Shown here: one piece after another, positions 25,172 to 35,110 of the stretch | Layout: every line of letters begins with the position of its first letter | Numbering within the stretch: position 1 is the first letter of the stretch | Virus record (IMG/VR): IMGVR_UViG_3300049052_000082 | Coordinates: 1-42,758 of that record | Direction: 5' to 3' (one strand) | DNA length: 42,758 nt | DNA from: a virus | Lineage: Duplodnaviria; Caudoviricetes | Notes under the pieces: model-generated | What the model was told of the DNA's origin: nothing | The model's input: only the letters and a program-made list of their open reading frames with translations | Databases searched by the model: none | Program-made: the position numbers and the translations under genes

Positions 25172-26200
25172 ATGACTCAGCTTAAGAAAATCGTCGTAGC
25201 CATCGATGCCGCAATCGCGCATCAGATCGGTCGCGATGCGTACCAAGTGACCTTCAACGACGGTCTTCCGACCCTCGATGACGGCCTGGCGTTCTACATC
25301 AGCCAGCTGGCGAACCTGGAATCTCGTATCTACGAGGCCAAGTACGCCGCCATCAACTACATGGAGCTGATCCCGGTCGACACCTCTCTGCCCGAGTGGG
25401 TGGATAGCTGGGACTACATCAGCTACGACGGCGTGACCATCGGCAAATTCATCGGCGCCAGCGCTGACGACCTGCCTGATGTGACCATCAACGCAAACAA
25501 ATCCAGCGTGCCGATTGGCTACGCCGGTAACAAGTACAGCTACAGCCTGGACGAGCTTCGCAAATCGCAACAGCTGCGCATCCCCCTGGATACCGCCAAG
25601 GCGCGACTGGCCTTCCGTGGTGCCCAGGAGCACACCCAGCGCGTGGCCTACTTCGGTGACGCTGATCGCGGCATGACCGGCCTGTTCAACAACCCGAACC
25701 TGGCGCTGTCGAACTCTACGCTGAACTGGTACGACGCGGCCACCACTGGTGACCAGATCGTCGCAGACCTGAACAAGATCCTGGTTGATGGTTATCTCAA
25801 CTCGGCGACCGTCCACCTGTTCGACACGATCATCCTGGATGCCGCCCGGTTCGCGCACATTTCGAACAAGCGGATGGGCACGATCACCGACAAGACGATC
25901 CTGGAGTACTTCCGGACCAACAACCAGTTCACCGCGCTGACCGGTCGCCCGATCAACATCTTCAGCCGCCTGCAACTGTCCGCTGCTCAATTGGCCGCCG
26001 CTGGCGTGTCCAACGGCAACAAGGACCGCGTCGTCGCTTACGAGCTGAACGACGAAAACCTGGGCATGCAGGTGCCGATCCCATGGCGGTCCCTGGCTCC
26101 GCAGATGCACAACCTGAAGGTCAATGTGCCCTGCGAGTACAAGATCAGCGGTGTTGAATTCCGCTATCCGTTCTCCGGCGCGTACCGCGACCAGTTCTAA
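25172..26200 (+). CDS. Major capsid protein (DUF2184-like)
   Basis: Y.YSLDEL, AYFGD...GMTGLFNNPN and GVEFRYP; start 25172. Confidence 0.92.
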   Translation: MTQLKKIVVAIDAAIAHQIGRDAYQVTFNDGLPTLDDGLAFYISQLANLESRIYEAKYAAINYMELIPVDTSLPEWVDSWDYISYDGVTIGKFIGASADDLPDVTINANKSSVPIGYAGNKYSYSLDELRKSQQLRIPLDTAKARLAFRGAQEHTQRVAYFGDADRGMTGLFNNPNLALSNSTLNWYDAATTGDQIVADLNKILVDGYLNSATVHLFDTIILDAARFAHISNKRMGTITDKTILEYFRTNNQFTALTGRPINIFSRLQLSAAQLAAAGVSNGNKDRVVAYELNDENLGMQVPIPWRSLAPQMHNLKVNVPCEYKISGVEFRYPFSGAYRDQF

Positions 26201-26268
26201 CCACCTGATCCGTGGCCGCCTCCGCTATGCCCGGGGCGGCGGCCAATGATTCCGGGCGAGGATTCGAC

Positions 26269-26586
26269 ATGTTCCTGAAGAACGAAGCAGCACGACTGAT
26301 CACCGTAAACCACCTGGTTGACGGCGTTGAAACCAGTTATCCCATCCTGCCGGGCGAAAACCCAGCAGTTGAAGTGCCTGATGCTGTGGCGAAGATCGAT
26401 TTCGTCAAGGCCCTGCTGAAGAATGGCGACCTGCGCCGCGTTGGCGAGGATGAGCTGGAAGGCGAAGAGGATGATGGCGGCGACATCGAAGCCCTCCGCG
26501 AACAGGCTGGCCGCGCTGGCGTAAAGGTCAACAAGACCTGGGGCAAAGCGCGACTGCTCGAAGAGATCGCCAAAGCAGCCAAGTAA
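26269..26586 (+). CDS. Head accessory protein with a small C-terminal helical module
   Basis: GAGGA SD; LREQA...GVKVNKTWG..RL..EI C-terminus. Confidence 0.7.
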   Translation: MFLKNEAARLITVNHLVDGVETSYPILPGENPAVEVPDAVAKIDFVKALLKNGDLRRVGEDELEGEEDDGGDIEALREQAGRAGVKVNKTWGKARLLEEIAKAAK

Positions 26587-26625
26587 CACCCGGGCGCCTG
26601 GCGCCCACCTATTCAAGGTGAACGC

Positions 26626-27048
26626 ATGCAAATTACACCCGAAATTGTCGCCTCATTCCGGGCGGTTCAGCTCGCGTTCACGGACACAACAAAGTGGCCC
26701 GATGCCGTTGTTCAGGAATCCCTGTGCGAGGCTGACTGCGAAACCGGTAGCAGCCGCTGGGGCGCCTACGAGGATGACTGTCACAACCTCAAGCGCCGCG
26801 GTCTTTACTACTTCGCCGCTCACTGGCTGTCGGTCACGTACCCGACCGGGCTGGGAGCCACTGACCCGACGAACATCCCATCGACGGCCCGTCTCAACGT
26901 GGCCGCCAAGTCGATTGGCGATGAGTCGGTGACATACCGGGTCGGCGCCATTCAGGAAACTGAGAACGATTGGCTCTCGCTCACCAACTACGGCGTTCAG
27001 TTCCTGCGACTGCGCCGTCGCGTGGGCATGGGTGCCAAGGCGGTTTAA
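26626..27048 (+). CDS. Head-tail adaptor (DUF4054-like)
   Basis: F.D...WPD, AAH.L, S.GD.SV.Y and T.YG.QF. Confidence 0.85.
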   Translation: MQITPEIVASFRAVQLAFTDTTKWPDAVVQESLCEADCETGSSRWGAYEDDCHNLKRRGLYYFAAHWLSVTYPTGLGATDPTNIPSTARLNVAAKSIGDESVTYRVGAIQETENDWLSLTNYGVQFLRLRRRVGMGAKAV

Positions 27049-27648
27049 ATGATCACCCTCGACATCCAGGGCTTCCAGGAGCTGCAAGACGAGCTGTCCA
27101 AGGAGCTGGCGGCACTGAGGTCGGACAAGGTGGTCACCGTCGGCATCCACGAAGAGGCCGGCAACGTCGAGTCAGGCGACATCACCATGGCCGGCTTGGG
27201 CGCTACCCATGAGTTCGGTGCCGAGGTAAAGCACCCAGGTGGAACGTCGTACGGATACGCCAGCAAGGCCGCAGCCGACCGCGATGAGGTCCGATTCCTG
27301 AAAACAGGCGCCGGATACATGCAGTTGGGAGTGACGCAGGCGCACACGATCAATATCCCGGCCCGTCCGTGGCTTGAGCCTGGAGTCGCCAGTGCAACGC
27401 CTGAGGTATTGCTGACCATTCAGGATGGCATGGAGGCCGGCCAATCGATGGATCAAATCCTTGAGGCCGTCGGGGTGGTGGCGGCGGCCGCGGTGAAGAT
27501 CTACATGACCGAGCTGAAGACCCCGCCCAACGCCGCGTCGACCATCCGTAAGAAAGGCAGCTCGAACCCGCTGATTGATTCTGGCGCCATGCGCCAGTCA
27601 GTCACGCACAAAGTATCCATCGGACCCGTGACGGAGGGCTTGGAATGA
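27049..27648 (+). CDS. Neck/tail completion protein (HK97 gp10-like)
   Basis: HEFG, IPARP and PPNA.STIRKKGSS.PLIDSG. Confidence 0.8.
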   Translation: MITLDIQGFQELQDELSKELAALRSDKVVTVGIHEEAGNVESGDITMAGLGATHEFGAEVKHPGGTSYGYASKAAADRDEVRFLKTGAGYMQLGVTQAHTINIPARPWLEPGVASATPEVLLTIQDGMEAGQSMDQILEAVGVVAAAAVKIYMTELKTPPNAASTIRKKGSSNPLIDSGAMRQSVTHKVSIGPVTEGLE

Positions 27649-28022
27649 GCGGCACGCTAAGCATGGCCGGTCACGTTGACGATACGTTCGTCAGTGTTCC
27701 GGCATCGCGCACTGTCGCCGTCGCTGGACAGTGGATAGAAGGAATCTGGGTCCCCGGCACGACAGATACGAAGCCCTACACCGTCAACATCCAGCAGGCC
27801 AGCGACAGGGAAGTGGATTTCATCCGACAGGGCGGCGAGCGGATCACCGACGTGCGCCGGATATACATCAACGACGGCGATATGCAGTTGATCGACCAGA
27901 CAGGCACCTGGACGTTTCTGAGCCAGCAGTGGAAGGCCGTCAAGTGCGATAACCGCCACTGGCGCGACTACTGCAAGGTCATCGTCATGCGCATTGACGA
28001 TCAGTCAGGCGGCCCAGCATGA
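27645..28022 (+). CDS. Head closure/collar protein
   Basis: Size and position in the neck module. Confidence 0.7.
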   Translation: MSGTLSMAGHVDDTFVSVPASRTVAVAGQWIEGIWVPGTTDTKPYTVNIQQASDREVDFIRQGGERITDVRRIYINDGDMQLIDQTGTWTFLSQQWKAVKCDNRHWRDYCKVIVMRIDDQSGGPA

Positions 28023-28564
28023 CCAACGAAGAACTATTCAAGAAGCTGCGTCCGATTGTGATGCTGGCAACCGGTGTTCCCGAGTGCATTCTGGCTGATC
28101 AGGCTGGGCCTGGCAGCATGCCAGCGCCAAATGGCGCGTACGCAACGATCACGCCTAGGCAGTACGTCGGCGAGCGCGGCCAGGCCAACGTCGCGTCCCG
28201 CGACATACCCGGCGACAAAGTGGAGTTCGAAGTGCGTGCGCAGATCATGTGCTCGGCCAGCGTGAACTTCTACCGCGGCGAAGCCCTGATGTACGCCGAG
28301 CGGCTGAAGCAGGCCAACAAGCGCCCCGACATCAGCATCATGCTCTTCAAGGCCAAGATCGGCTGGAACAGCGCCGACGGCGTGAACAACCTGACCAGCC
28401 TGCAGTCGGGCAACTTCGAACAGCGGTCACAGATCACCCTGCGCCTGATGTATGAGGCGATCAGCCTTTCCGAGATCAACAACATCCTGAGCGTCAGCGT
28501 GGCGCTCGAGAACGAAAAAGCTCAGGTCCTCCAGACCTTCACCGTCGAAGTCGACCCTACATAA
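28019..28564 (+). CDS. Tail terminator protein
   Basis: Immediately upstream of the sheath gene. Confidence 0.7.
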   Translation: MTNEELFKKLRPIVMLATGVPECILADQAGPGSMPAPNGAYATITPRQYVGERGQANVASRDIPGDKVEFEVRAQIMCSASVNFYRGEALMYAERLKQANKRPDISIMLFKAKIGWNSADGVNNLTSLQSGNFEQRSQITLRLMYEAISLSEINNILSVSVALENEKAQVLQTFTVEVDPT

Positions 28565-28583
28565 ACCCATTGGAGCTAGCACA

Positions 28584-29726
28584 GTGAGCTATCCAGCTAC
28601 CAACATCATCCGGATTAATGCCCGGATCAGCCCGGCAGGCCTGGGCAATGCGAACTTTGCCAGCGCCATGCTGTTCGCCCCTCAAACTGAGCTTCCGGTC
28701 GGCTTCGCTGCCGATACGTACCGGACGTATTTCTCGCTGCCTGCGCTGGCGGAAGACTTCGACGACACCACTGAAACGTACAAGGCCGCTCAACGCTGGC
28801 TCGGCGGCACTCCCGCCACGCGCGAGCTGAAAGTATGGGGCGCCGCAACTGCCGACGGCACCCGCGTTGCCACGCTGAACAAGGCCCGGAACATGCTCTG
28901 GTGGTACTGGACCATGTGGACCGCGCCGATTCTCGCCGTCAAGGCGGATGTTCTGGCGATCGCCCAATGGTGCGAAGACAACACCAGCATGTTCATCGAC
29001 AACCAGACCGGCGCGTCAGTCGTCGAGATCCGCGACCCTAGCGACGTTGATGACATTGCCACCCAGCTGACCACGGCAGGCTTCCGCCACGTCTACACCG
29101 CCGCGCATGCCACCGATGCGTACTCCGGCTCGGCCTTGGCGAAACACTTCGCCGCAGTGAACTACAGCGCTGACCGGTCGACCATTACCGGCGAGTTCAA
29201 GAAGTCGCCGGGCGTACCCGCTGAGTCCCTGGACGGAACGGCCTATACCGCGATGCAGAGCGCCGCGAAAAAGGCTGTGTTCTACACCGTCGTGGACAAC
29301 CAGGGCTCGGTTGACTCTGGCCGCTGGTTGAACACCCTCACTCACAGCACTTACGGCGAGTTCATCGACGATGTTGTGAATCTCGATGCGTGCGTGAACT
29401 TCCTGACCACGGCGCTCTACAACGCAGTGGCCAACCAGACCACAAAGCTTGCCCAGACCCCGGTCGGCCAGGCTGTGTTGATCGGCGCTGCTCGGGCGAC
29501 CATGCAGCAGTTCGTCAACAACGGCTACCTGGGCCCGCGCAACTACATCGACCCGGACGACGGTCTCGAGAAGTACACCGCTGGCTTCGAGATCCTGACC
29601 CAGCCGGAAGACATCCTTGACTTGTCGGAAGCTGATCGCAACGCCCGCAAGTCTGCCCCGCTGCGTATTCGCCTGTTCCGTGCCGGTGCAATCCATATCG
29701 TGGATGTGGACTTGGATGTGTACTGA
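28584..29726 (+). CDS. Tail sheath protein (DUF3383-like), short
   Basis: FK..PGV, FID.V..LD, GYL and GAIH.V motifs. Confidence 0.85.
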   Translation: MSYPATNIIRINARISPAGLGNANFASAMLFAPQTELPVGFAADTYRTYFSLPALAEDFDDTTETYKAAQRWLGGTPATRELKVWGAATADGTRVATLNKARNMLWWYWTMWTAPILAVKADVLAIAQWCEDNTSMFIDNQTGASVVEIRDPSDVDDIATQLTTAGFRHVYTAAHATDAYSGSALAKHFAAVNYSADRSTITGEFKKSPGVPAESLDGTAYTAMQSAAKKAVFYTVVDNQGSVDSGRWLNTLTHSTYGEFIDDVVNLDACVNFLTTALYNAVANQTTKLAQTPVGQAVLIGAARATMQQFVNNGYLGPRNYIDPDDGLEKYTAGFEILTQPEDILDLSEADRNARKSAPLRIRLFRAGAIHIVDVDLDVY

Positions 29727-29801
29727 TGGATGGGCGCTACAGCGCGACCTTAATAGCCCGCCTCCATTGGCGGAAAACCCAATGAAAAGGGGCGTTAATT
29801 C

Positions 29802-30209
29802 ATGAGCCTGAGTAATTTCTCGACAGACCTTTGTGTCGTCACCATCAACGGCCGGCAGATCCAGGACTGGGGCGATACGGCGACGCCGTATACCGACGCC
29901 CCAATCGATGCCAAGAGCCAGCTCCGTCGCGGCCAAGGCGGTAACGCAATCCGCCTCGACCGAATCAACCCGGGCCGGGAGGTGAATGTCTTCCTGAATC
30001 CTGGCTCGGCGGATGCGGCTTATGTCCAGGGGCTGTTCAATTCGAACGCCAACGTCACGCTGACCTACACCCAGATCGGCACACTGGAAACAGCCCTGGG
30101 CTCGGAAGGCGTAATCGTGAACGATGGCCAGCGCGGCAGGGCCGGTTCGACCATCACGGACGACCAGTTCACGATGCAATTCAACATCTGGGAAGCGACA
30201 AGGGGCTAA
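29802..30209 (+). CDS. Tail tube protein
   Basis: 135 aa following the sheath; V.INGR.I start. Confidence 0.8.
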   Translation: MSLSNFSTDLCVVTINGRQIQDWGDTATPYTDAPIDAKSQLRRGQGGNAIRLDRINPGREVNVFLNPGSADAAYVQGLFNSNANVTLTYTQIGTLETALGSEGVIVNDGQRGRAGSTITDDQFTMQFNIWEATRG

Positions 30210-30212
30210 TAG

Positions 30213-30614
30213 ATGAGCGTGAAACCATTCACCATCGGCGGCGCGCAGTACAACGCCGCGATGGCAAGCGCTGTCGATCAGGATCGCTTGATGTCCCTGC
30301 TGTCCGCCGCCGTGCTGGAGCGATTCGTCACGGCGGCCCAGGCCAGTGTGGAAGTGGACAGCAACGTCCTCTCCATGATGTTCATGTCGATGCGTCAGGA
30401 TGTGAAGGCCCAGGTCGCTCAGGTGCTCATGGGACGGGTGCTTGTCAACGGAACCGAGCGCCCGGTAACCGTCGCTGACTTCGGCGGACGGATGGTCCAC
30501 TACAACCAGCTCCTGGCCGAGCTGCTGCACTGGAATCTCTCCGATTTTTTCGACTGGCTGCCAAGCGCCGCAAAAGACGCTCGGCAGGACGAGGCGGCAA
30601 GCGCAGCTCAGTAA
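30213..30614 (+). CDS. Tail assembly chaperone (G-like)
   Basis: Between tube and tape measure; ends N..DFF at a slippery site. Confidence 0.82.
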   Translation: MSVKPFTIGGAQYNAAMASAVDQDRLMSLLSAAVLERFVTAAQASVEVDSNVLSMMFMSMRQDVKAQVAQVLMGRVLVNGTERPVTVADFGGRMVHYNQLLAELLHWNLSDFFDWLPSAAKDARQDEAASAAQ

Positions 30615-30778
30615 ATTGGTTCCTCATGCGGCCGTGTGTCGGGATCGTGGGCATTTGCCCGCCGCTCTGCACCTGGTCGCAACTCGCTGACGGAACACTC
30701 TCCATAGCGGACGTCGAGCGCTTCAACCAAGCCATGGATGAACTGTGGGATCAATACGAGGCTGTGAAGAATGGCTAG
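30545..30778 (+). CDS. -1 frameshift extension of the tail chaperone (GT-like)
   Basis: In-frame T TTT TTC heptamer at 30545-30551; the -1 frame is open to TAG 30776-30778 (...NWFLMRPCVG...LADGTLSIADVERFNQAMD...). Confidence 0.72.
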   Translation, partial: FFRLAAKRRKRRSAGRGGKRSSVNWFLMRPCVGIVGICPPLCTWSQLADGTLSIADVERFNQAMDELWDQYEAVKNG

Positions 30779-32168
30779 CAAAGTCCTGAAGTCGTTCCTG
30801 ATCGGCATCGGCTATGACACCAAGGCCCTCGAGGCGGGCGACAAGAAGATCAACGCCAGCCTAAACGGCATCAAGTCCGGGGCGCTGAGTATTTCGGCGG
30901 CACTGGTTGGCGCCTTCGGTGCGGCCGCCGGCTCGATTGTCGGCGTGGCCGGGCGCGTGGATAAGCTGGCGATGTCTACGCAGAACCTGCGCACCTCCCA
31001 GGCCGCCGTGTACAACTACGGCAACGCCATCAAGCTGATGGGGGGTGATGCGGCTGACGCGCTGGACACCCTGCAGCGCTTCGAGGAGATCCAGAACAAC
31101 TTGCGCCTGAAGGGCGACGCCGGGCCGATCAATGACCTGGCAATGGCTGGCCTGGATGTGAGCACGCTGTACGAGACGCAGACCGGCGAGGAGTTCATGC
31201 GCGCGCTGTCGGCCATGATCCCGAATCTGGATGAGGGCCAGCGCTCCGTCGTTCAGAACTCTCTGGGCCTGTCGGATGCAGCGTTTCGCTCGCTGGCCGG
31301 CGGCGTCGAGCAGCTTGACGCCACGATGAAGAAAGCCAGCGCACTCACCGGAAGCGTGGACCAGCTCACCGACGAGAGCCGCAAGCTGGCCGAGAACGCT
31401 TCAGAGTTCGGCCTGATCATCGAGGGCATCAAGAATGAGCTCGCTGAGAAGTTCCTGCCGAGCCTGATCGGTGCTGGAGACGCAGTTAATAACTTTCTCA
31501 AAGAGTACCGGCCAGAAATCAGCAAGGCTGTTGATTACGCTGCCGACAACGCAGGCGCCACCGCAGCGCTGGGCGGCTCGGCTACGGCAGCCCTGACGGG
31601 GGCGGCAGCCGCAAAGCTTGGGCTCAGCACGGTAGGTGGGGCGGTAAGCAAGGCAGGGACGGCGGGTGTCGCGATAACAGGCGGCGCGATCGGCGCGAAC
31701 GTGCTCAATAGGACGCTCGACGAATATGTGCCCGGGTACGGCGATGCCTCGCGCGGCTTCGATGAGCTTCTGAAGAGCGCCACCGGGCTTGATCGAATCC
31801 AGGGACCGATGGAATTGCTGTTCGGTGGTGAAAGCCCGACATACAGCCCGCCGCCACCGGAGGAAGAGCCGCAAGCATACAGCGGACAGGTCATTCGCTC
31901 CCAGGAGGATATCGACTACCTCAACCATCGCGACAGGTCGGCCTCGGACAGCTTGCCGCCTGATGCCGCCTCGACGCCGGAAGAAGACCGACAGGCAACC
32001 GCTGAAGCGCTCGCCGGCGCCTTGAGTCGCGCACCCATCAAGATGGAGAACAAGCTTGACGTCACCTTACAGCTCGACGGCCAGGCGCTTGAGACGAAAA
32101 TCGTTCAGGTCAACGAGCGGCAGAACTACGAAACCTTGAGCGACCTGAAGACCACCACGGAGCGATAG
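30771..32168 (+). CDS. Tape measure protein (short)
   Basis: Ala/Gly-rich and helical; FLIGIGYD start; position. Confidence 0.85.
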   Translation: MASKVLKSFLIGIGYDTKALEAGDKKINASLNGIKSGALSISAALVGAFGAAAGSIVGVAGRVDKLAMSTQNLRTSQAAVYNYGNAIKLMGGDAADALDTLQRFEEIQNNLRLKGDAGPINDLAMAGLDVSTLYETQTGEEFMRALSAMIPNLDEGQRSVVQNSLGLSDAAFRSLAGGVEQLDATMKKASALTGSVDQLTDESRKLAENASEFGLIIEGIKNELAEKFLPSLIGAGDAVNNFLKEYRPEISKAVDYAADNAGATAALGGSATAALTGAAAAKLGLSTVGGAVSKAGTAGVAITGGAIGANVLNRTLDEYVPGYGDASRGFDELLKSATGLDRIQGPMELLFGGESPTYSPPPPEEEPQAYSGQVIRSQEDIDYLNHRDRSASDSLPPDAASTPEEDRQATAEALAGALSRAPIKMENKLDVTLQLDGQALETKIVQVNERQNYETLSDLKTTTER

Positions 32169-32170
32169 CC

Positions 32171-32827
32171 TTGAGCATCATCAATATCTTCACGCGCCAG
32201 GCGCCGACCATTGCCGGTTACTCGTTCGACGCGGTGCTGGAGGATACGTTTGAGGCCACCGTGACGATCACCTCTGTTCCGATTGAGTCGGGCGTGAGGA
32301 TTTCGGACCACCGAATCCTGAACCCCTACAAATGGGTGATGACCGGAGCAATCAGCAACAACCCGGTCAAGGTCCAGTTGACGGACTTCCTCGGCGGTGC
32401 GCTCTCCAACCTGACGGACAACCCCATTGTGTCCACGGTGGCCGGCCTTTCGGCTGGCTTCCTGGCCGGAAGTGACGAGACCCGGGCCAGCACGACGCTC
32501 GACTTCCTCATCTGGCTCATGACGTCCTACGACCCGTTCGACATCGACGCCGGCGACATCCTGCTCAAGAACATGGCGATCACTCGCCTGTCCAGGACCA
32601 AGGAGCCGCGCAACGAGGGTGGCCTGGAGTTCATCGTCGAGCTTCAGGAGGTCATCAGCCTTGACCGGATTGTCCGTGATACCCAATGCTCGTTGCCTCA
32701 GCTGCGGGATGGAGATCCATCCAAAAGCGCACTGGCTCGGGCAATTGAAAAGGGCCAGGCGATCGCCAAGGAAGCCAACGAAGCCGTTTCGAACGCCGTG
32801 AACAACATAATCGACGGGGTGGCCTGA
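32171..32827 (+). CDS. Baseplate tube initiator (Dit-like)
   Basis: FDAVLE, P.ESG..ISDH and NM.IT.L motifs. Confidence 0.8.
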   Translation: MSIINIFTRQAPTIAGYSFDAVLEDTFEATVTITSVPIESGVRISDHRILNPYKWVMTGAISNNPVKVQLTDFLGGALSNLTDNPIVSTVAGLSAGFLAGSDETRASTTLDFLIWLMTSYDPFDIDAGDILLKNMAITRLSRTKEPRNEGGLEFIVELQEVISLDRIVRDTQCSLPQLRDGDPSKSALARAIEKGQAIAKEANEAVSNAVNNIIDGVA

Positions 32828-33135
32828 TGCTTGTAATCCCGCTACTCCCTGGTGCAGCGAATTCCCATCAGCGCTTCTCTGTGCAGCTCGGCGAGAACCT
32901 GATCGCCTTCGAGGTCGACTATGTGTCGTACCTGGATGCACCGGCCTGGTCCATGAACCTCCTGCGCGATGGCAGCCGGATCGTTGCCGGGGCAATGCTT
33001 GAGCCTGGTAGCGACATCATCCAGAGCTACCGGACCGGAATCGGTCAAATGGTATTCACCGGTAACGACGTGACGCTGGACAACCTCGGCGTCGAGAACT
33101 TCCTTGTCTGGGTTCCCCCGCTGGTGGATATATGA
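32827..33135 (+). CDS. Small baseplate protein
   Basis: 102 aa; IPL......Q.F.V.L start; position. Confidence 0.7.
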   Translation: MLVIPLLPGAANSHQRFSVQLGENLIAFEVDYVSYLDAPAWSMNLLRDGSRIVAGAMLEPGSDIIQSYRTGIGQMVFTGNDVTLDNLGVENFLVWVPPLVDI

Positions 33136-34547
33136 GAGAGCGCGTTTGGTCGATTGACATCAACGGCCAGCCCTACATCAGCCAGCAATCGGGGCGCCGC
33201 CAGTTCAGGGTCCAGTTCAATATTGATATCTCACCTGGTGATGCGATTTCGTTTGCGGACATCCGGCTTTACAACATGAACAAGGGATCACGAATCGCCC
33301 AGGGATCGAGCATTGTTTTTCGCGCCGGGTTCGATGACAACGTGGACGCGGTGTTCACTGGCTACGTGACGAATTCCCTGCGTGAGCGCGAACCGGGTCA
33401 ACCGGAGATCATAAGTCGTCTGATCTGCCGCTCTGGACAGCCAGCGACTGACCGGGCATCTGCCCAGCTTTCATTTGGTGTAGGCACCAGGGTAGAGGAG
33501 GTGATCCGCGCCCTGGCTGCTGCGTGGCCGCTGCCGATCGATATCGACAATGCCCAGTTCGTGGATGCAAAGCCGCTGTCGTCCGGCCTAGTGGTGGATG
33601 GCGACATCCCTGCGGCCCTGACGGATCTGGCCTACGCCTACAAATTCGACTGGATGCAGGACCGCGGGCGGATCGTCATCACCAAGCCCAATCAGCCCCG
33701 CGCAACCATTCCGGTTCAGGTCGACCAGTTCAGCGGCATGATCGGCATTCCCGAAGTGTCCCGCGGGCCTGACGGTCTCGGCGTGTTCGTTGCCGTCCAA
33801 CTGAACCCAGCACTGCGCATCAACGGAAAAATCAACGTCGAAAGCGAATTCGCCACCTTCAATACCGGCAACCTGTTCGTTTCCGAGCTGAGCGGCGACG
33901 CCACGGCTAATGGCGAATACAACATCTTTGCCATGAAGCACGCAGGCGATTCGCATAGCGACCTGTGGCGGACCGAGATTGACGGGCTCCGCGCGGGCAC
34001 CACGCCAACGGCCACGGAGACGGCCACCAAGGAAAACGGGAAGCTCATCTGGGGCGCCAGGGTTGACCAGGCGTTCCGCGTCAAGGTGCGGGAGATTGCC
34101 GACCGACTATCCATGGACCCAAATTGGATCATGGCCGTTATGGGGTTCGAGACTGGCTACACGTTCAGCCCTGCCGCCCGCAATCCGGGCAGCACAGCGA
34201 CAGGCCTGATCCAGTTCATCGAATCCACGGCGCGCAGCCTTGGCACTTCTACAGCGCAGCTCGCGCGGATGACAGCGGTTCGTCAGCTCGACTTCGTGGA
34301 GTCCTACTATCAGCCGTACTCAGGGCGCATCCGCAACCTTGGCGACGCCTATCTGGCCGTTCTGTGGCCTGTGGCCGTAGGGCGTCCCGATTCGTATGTG
34401 ATGTGGGAGAGAGATTCAGGCCAGTACCAGCGCGAATACGCCGCGAATTCTGGCTTGGACGTGAACCACAACGGATTCATTACCCGGGGCGAGGCCGTAG
34501 CATCCGTGAACACCTCCTACATGCGCGGACAGCAGTTCGTCCGATGA
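33132..34547 (+). CDS. Baseplate hub fused to a C-terminal lytic transglycosylase
   Basis: Hub motifs (IRLYN, AG, GMIG.P) plus MAVMGFETG..FSP..RN....ATGLIQF...TA and N.GLD.N..G.IT..E. Confidence 0.88.
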   Translation: MRERVWSIDINGQPYISQQSGRRQFRVQFNIDISPGDAISFADIRLYNMNKGSRIAQGSSIVFRAGFDDNVDAVFTGYVTNSLREREPGQPEIISRLICRSGQPATDRASAQLSFGVGTRVEEVIRALAAAWPLPIDIDNAQFVDAKPLSSGLVVDGDIPAALTDLAYAYKFDWMQDRGRIVITKPNQPRATIPVQVDQFSGMIGIPEVSRGPDGLGVFVAVQLNPALRINGKINVESEFATFNTGNLFVSELSGDATANGEYNIFAMKHAGDSHSDLWRTEIDGLRAGTTPTATETATKENGKLIWGARVDQAFRVKVREIADRLSMDPNWIMAVMGFETGYTFSPAARNPGSTATGLIQFIESTARSLGTSTAQLARMTAVRQLDFVESYYQPYSGRIRNLGDAYLAVLWPVAVGRPDSYVMWERDSGQYQREYAANSGLDVNHNGFITRGEAVASVNTSYMRGQQFVR

Positions 34548-34616
34548 GCAACACCGGATGGAAACCCGTGATGCCAAGCTGATAAAGTGCCAGTACTCGG
34601 GTTCAGACCGGGATAG

Positions 34617-35033
34617 ATGATGCCCAAACAACATATCAAACGCCTTTTGTTGCTGCCCCTCTTGCTGGGATTTCAGGTCCAAGCAGCAGAGGTCCCCGGG
34701 CTTTGCGACGGCCGACAGATGTACAACTACGTGGACCTGGCACTGAAGGCCGGCGGCGGAGTTGTGAACGTTGCCAATGATCCAGCCTACGGCGGCGGAG
34801 CGGTATCAATCGCCCTGAAGTCAAGCAACATGCGGACGTACAACGCCATGATTTCTGATATCAGGGAGCACGACCTCTCGCTCGCAAGAAGCGGCTGCAC
34901 ATCGCTGAGCGGCGGCCCTACAAAGGGAATGATGTCCACCCTGAGACAGGTTGATTCAAAAATCCGCAAACTGGTGAGCAGTCAGTACAGCGAGAAGGGC
35001 CTCATCACCAGAGGCTTCGGCGAGAACAGATAG
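34617..35033 (+). CDS. Secreted moron protein
   Basis: Signal peptide (KRLLLLPLLLGFQVQA), two Cys; own promoter candidate and terminator. Confidence 0.75.
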   Translation: MMPKQHIKRLLLLPLLLGFQVQAAEVPGLCDGRQMYNYVDLALKAGGGVVNVANDPAYGGGAVSIALKSSNMRTYNAMISDIREHDLSLARSGCTSLSGGPTKGMMSTLRQVDSKIRKLVSSQYSEKGLITRGFGENR

Positions 35034-35057
35034 GCCAGGCAGTTATTCCAAGAATCG

Positions 35058-35081
35058 AACCCGCCCCGGCGGGTTTTTTTT
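35058..35081 (+). terminator. Intrinsic terminator after the moron
   Basis: AACCCGCC-cc-GGCGGGTT followed by a T run. Confidence 0.85.
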
Positions 35082-35110
35082 ATACCTACGAAAAAGTCAG
35101 GGGTGGCTGA

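Noticed and set aside
19102-30530. Long minus-strand ORFs (19102-20160, 21968-22726, 23461-24651, 25163-26110, 29016-30530)
   Set aside because: Typical antisense open frames of high-GC structural genes
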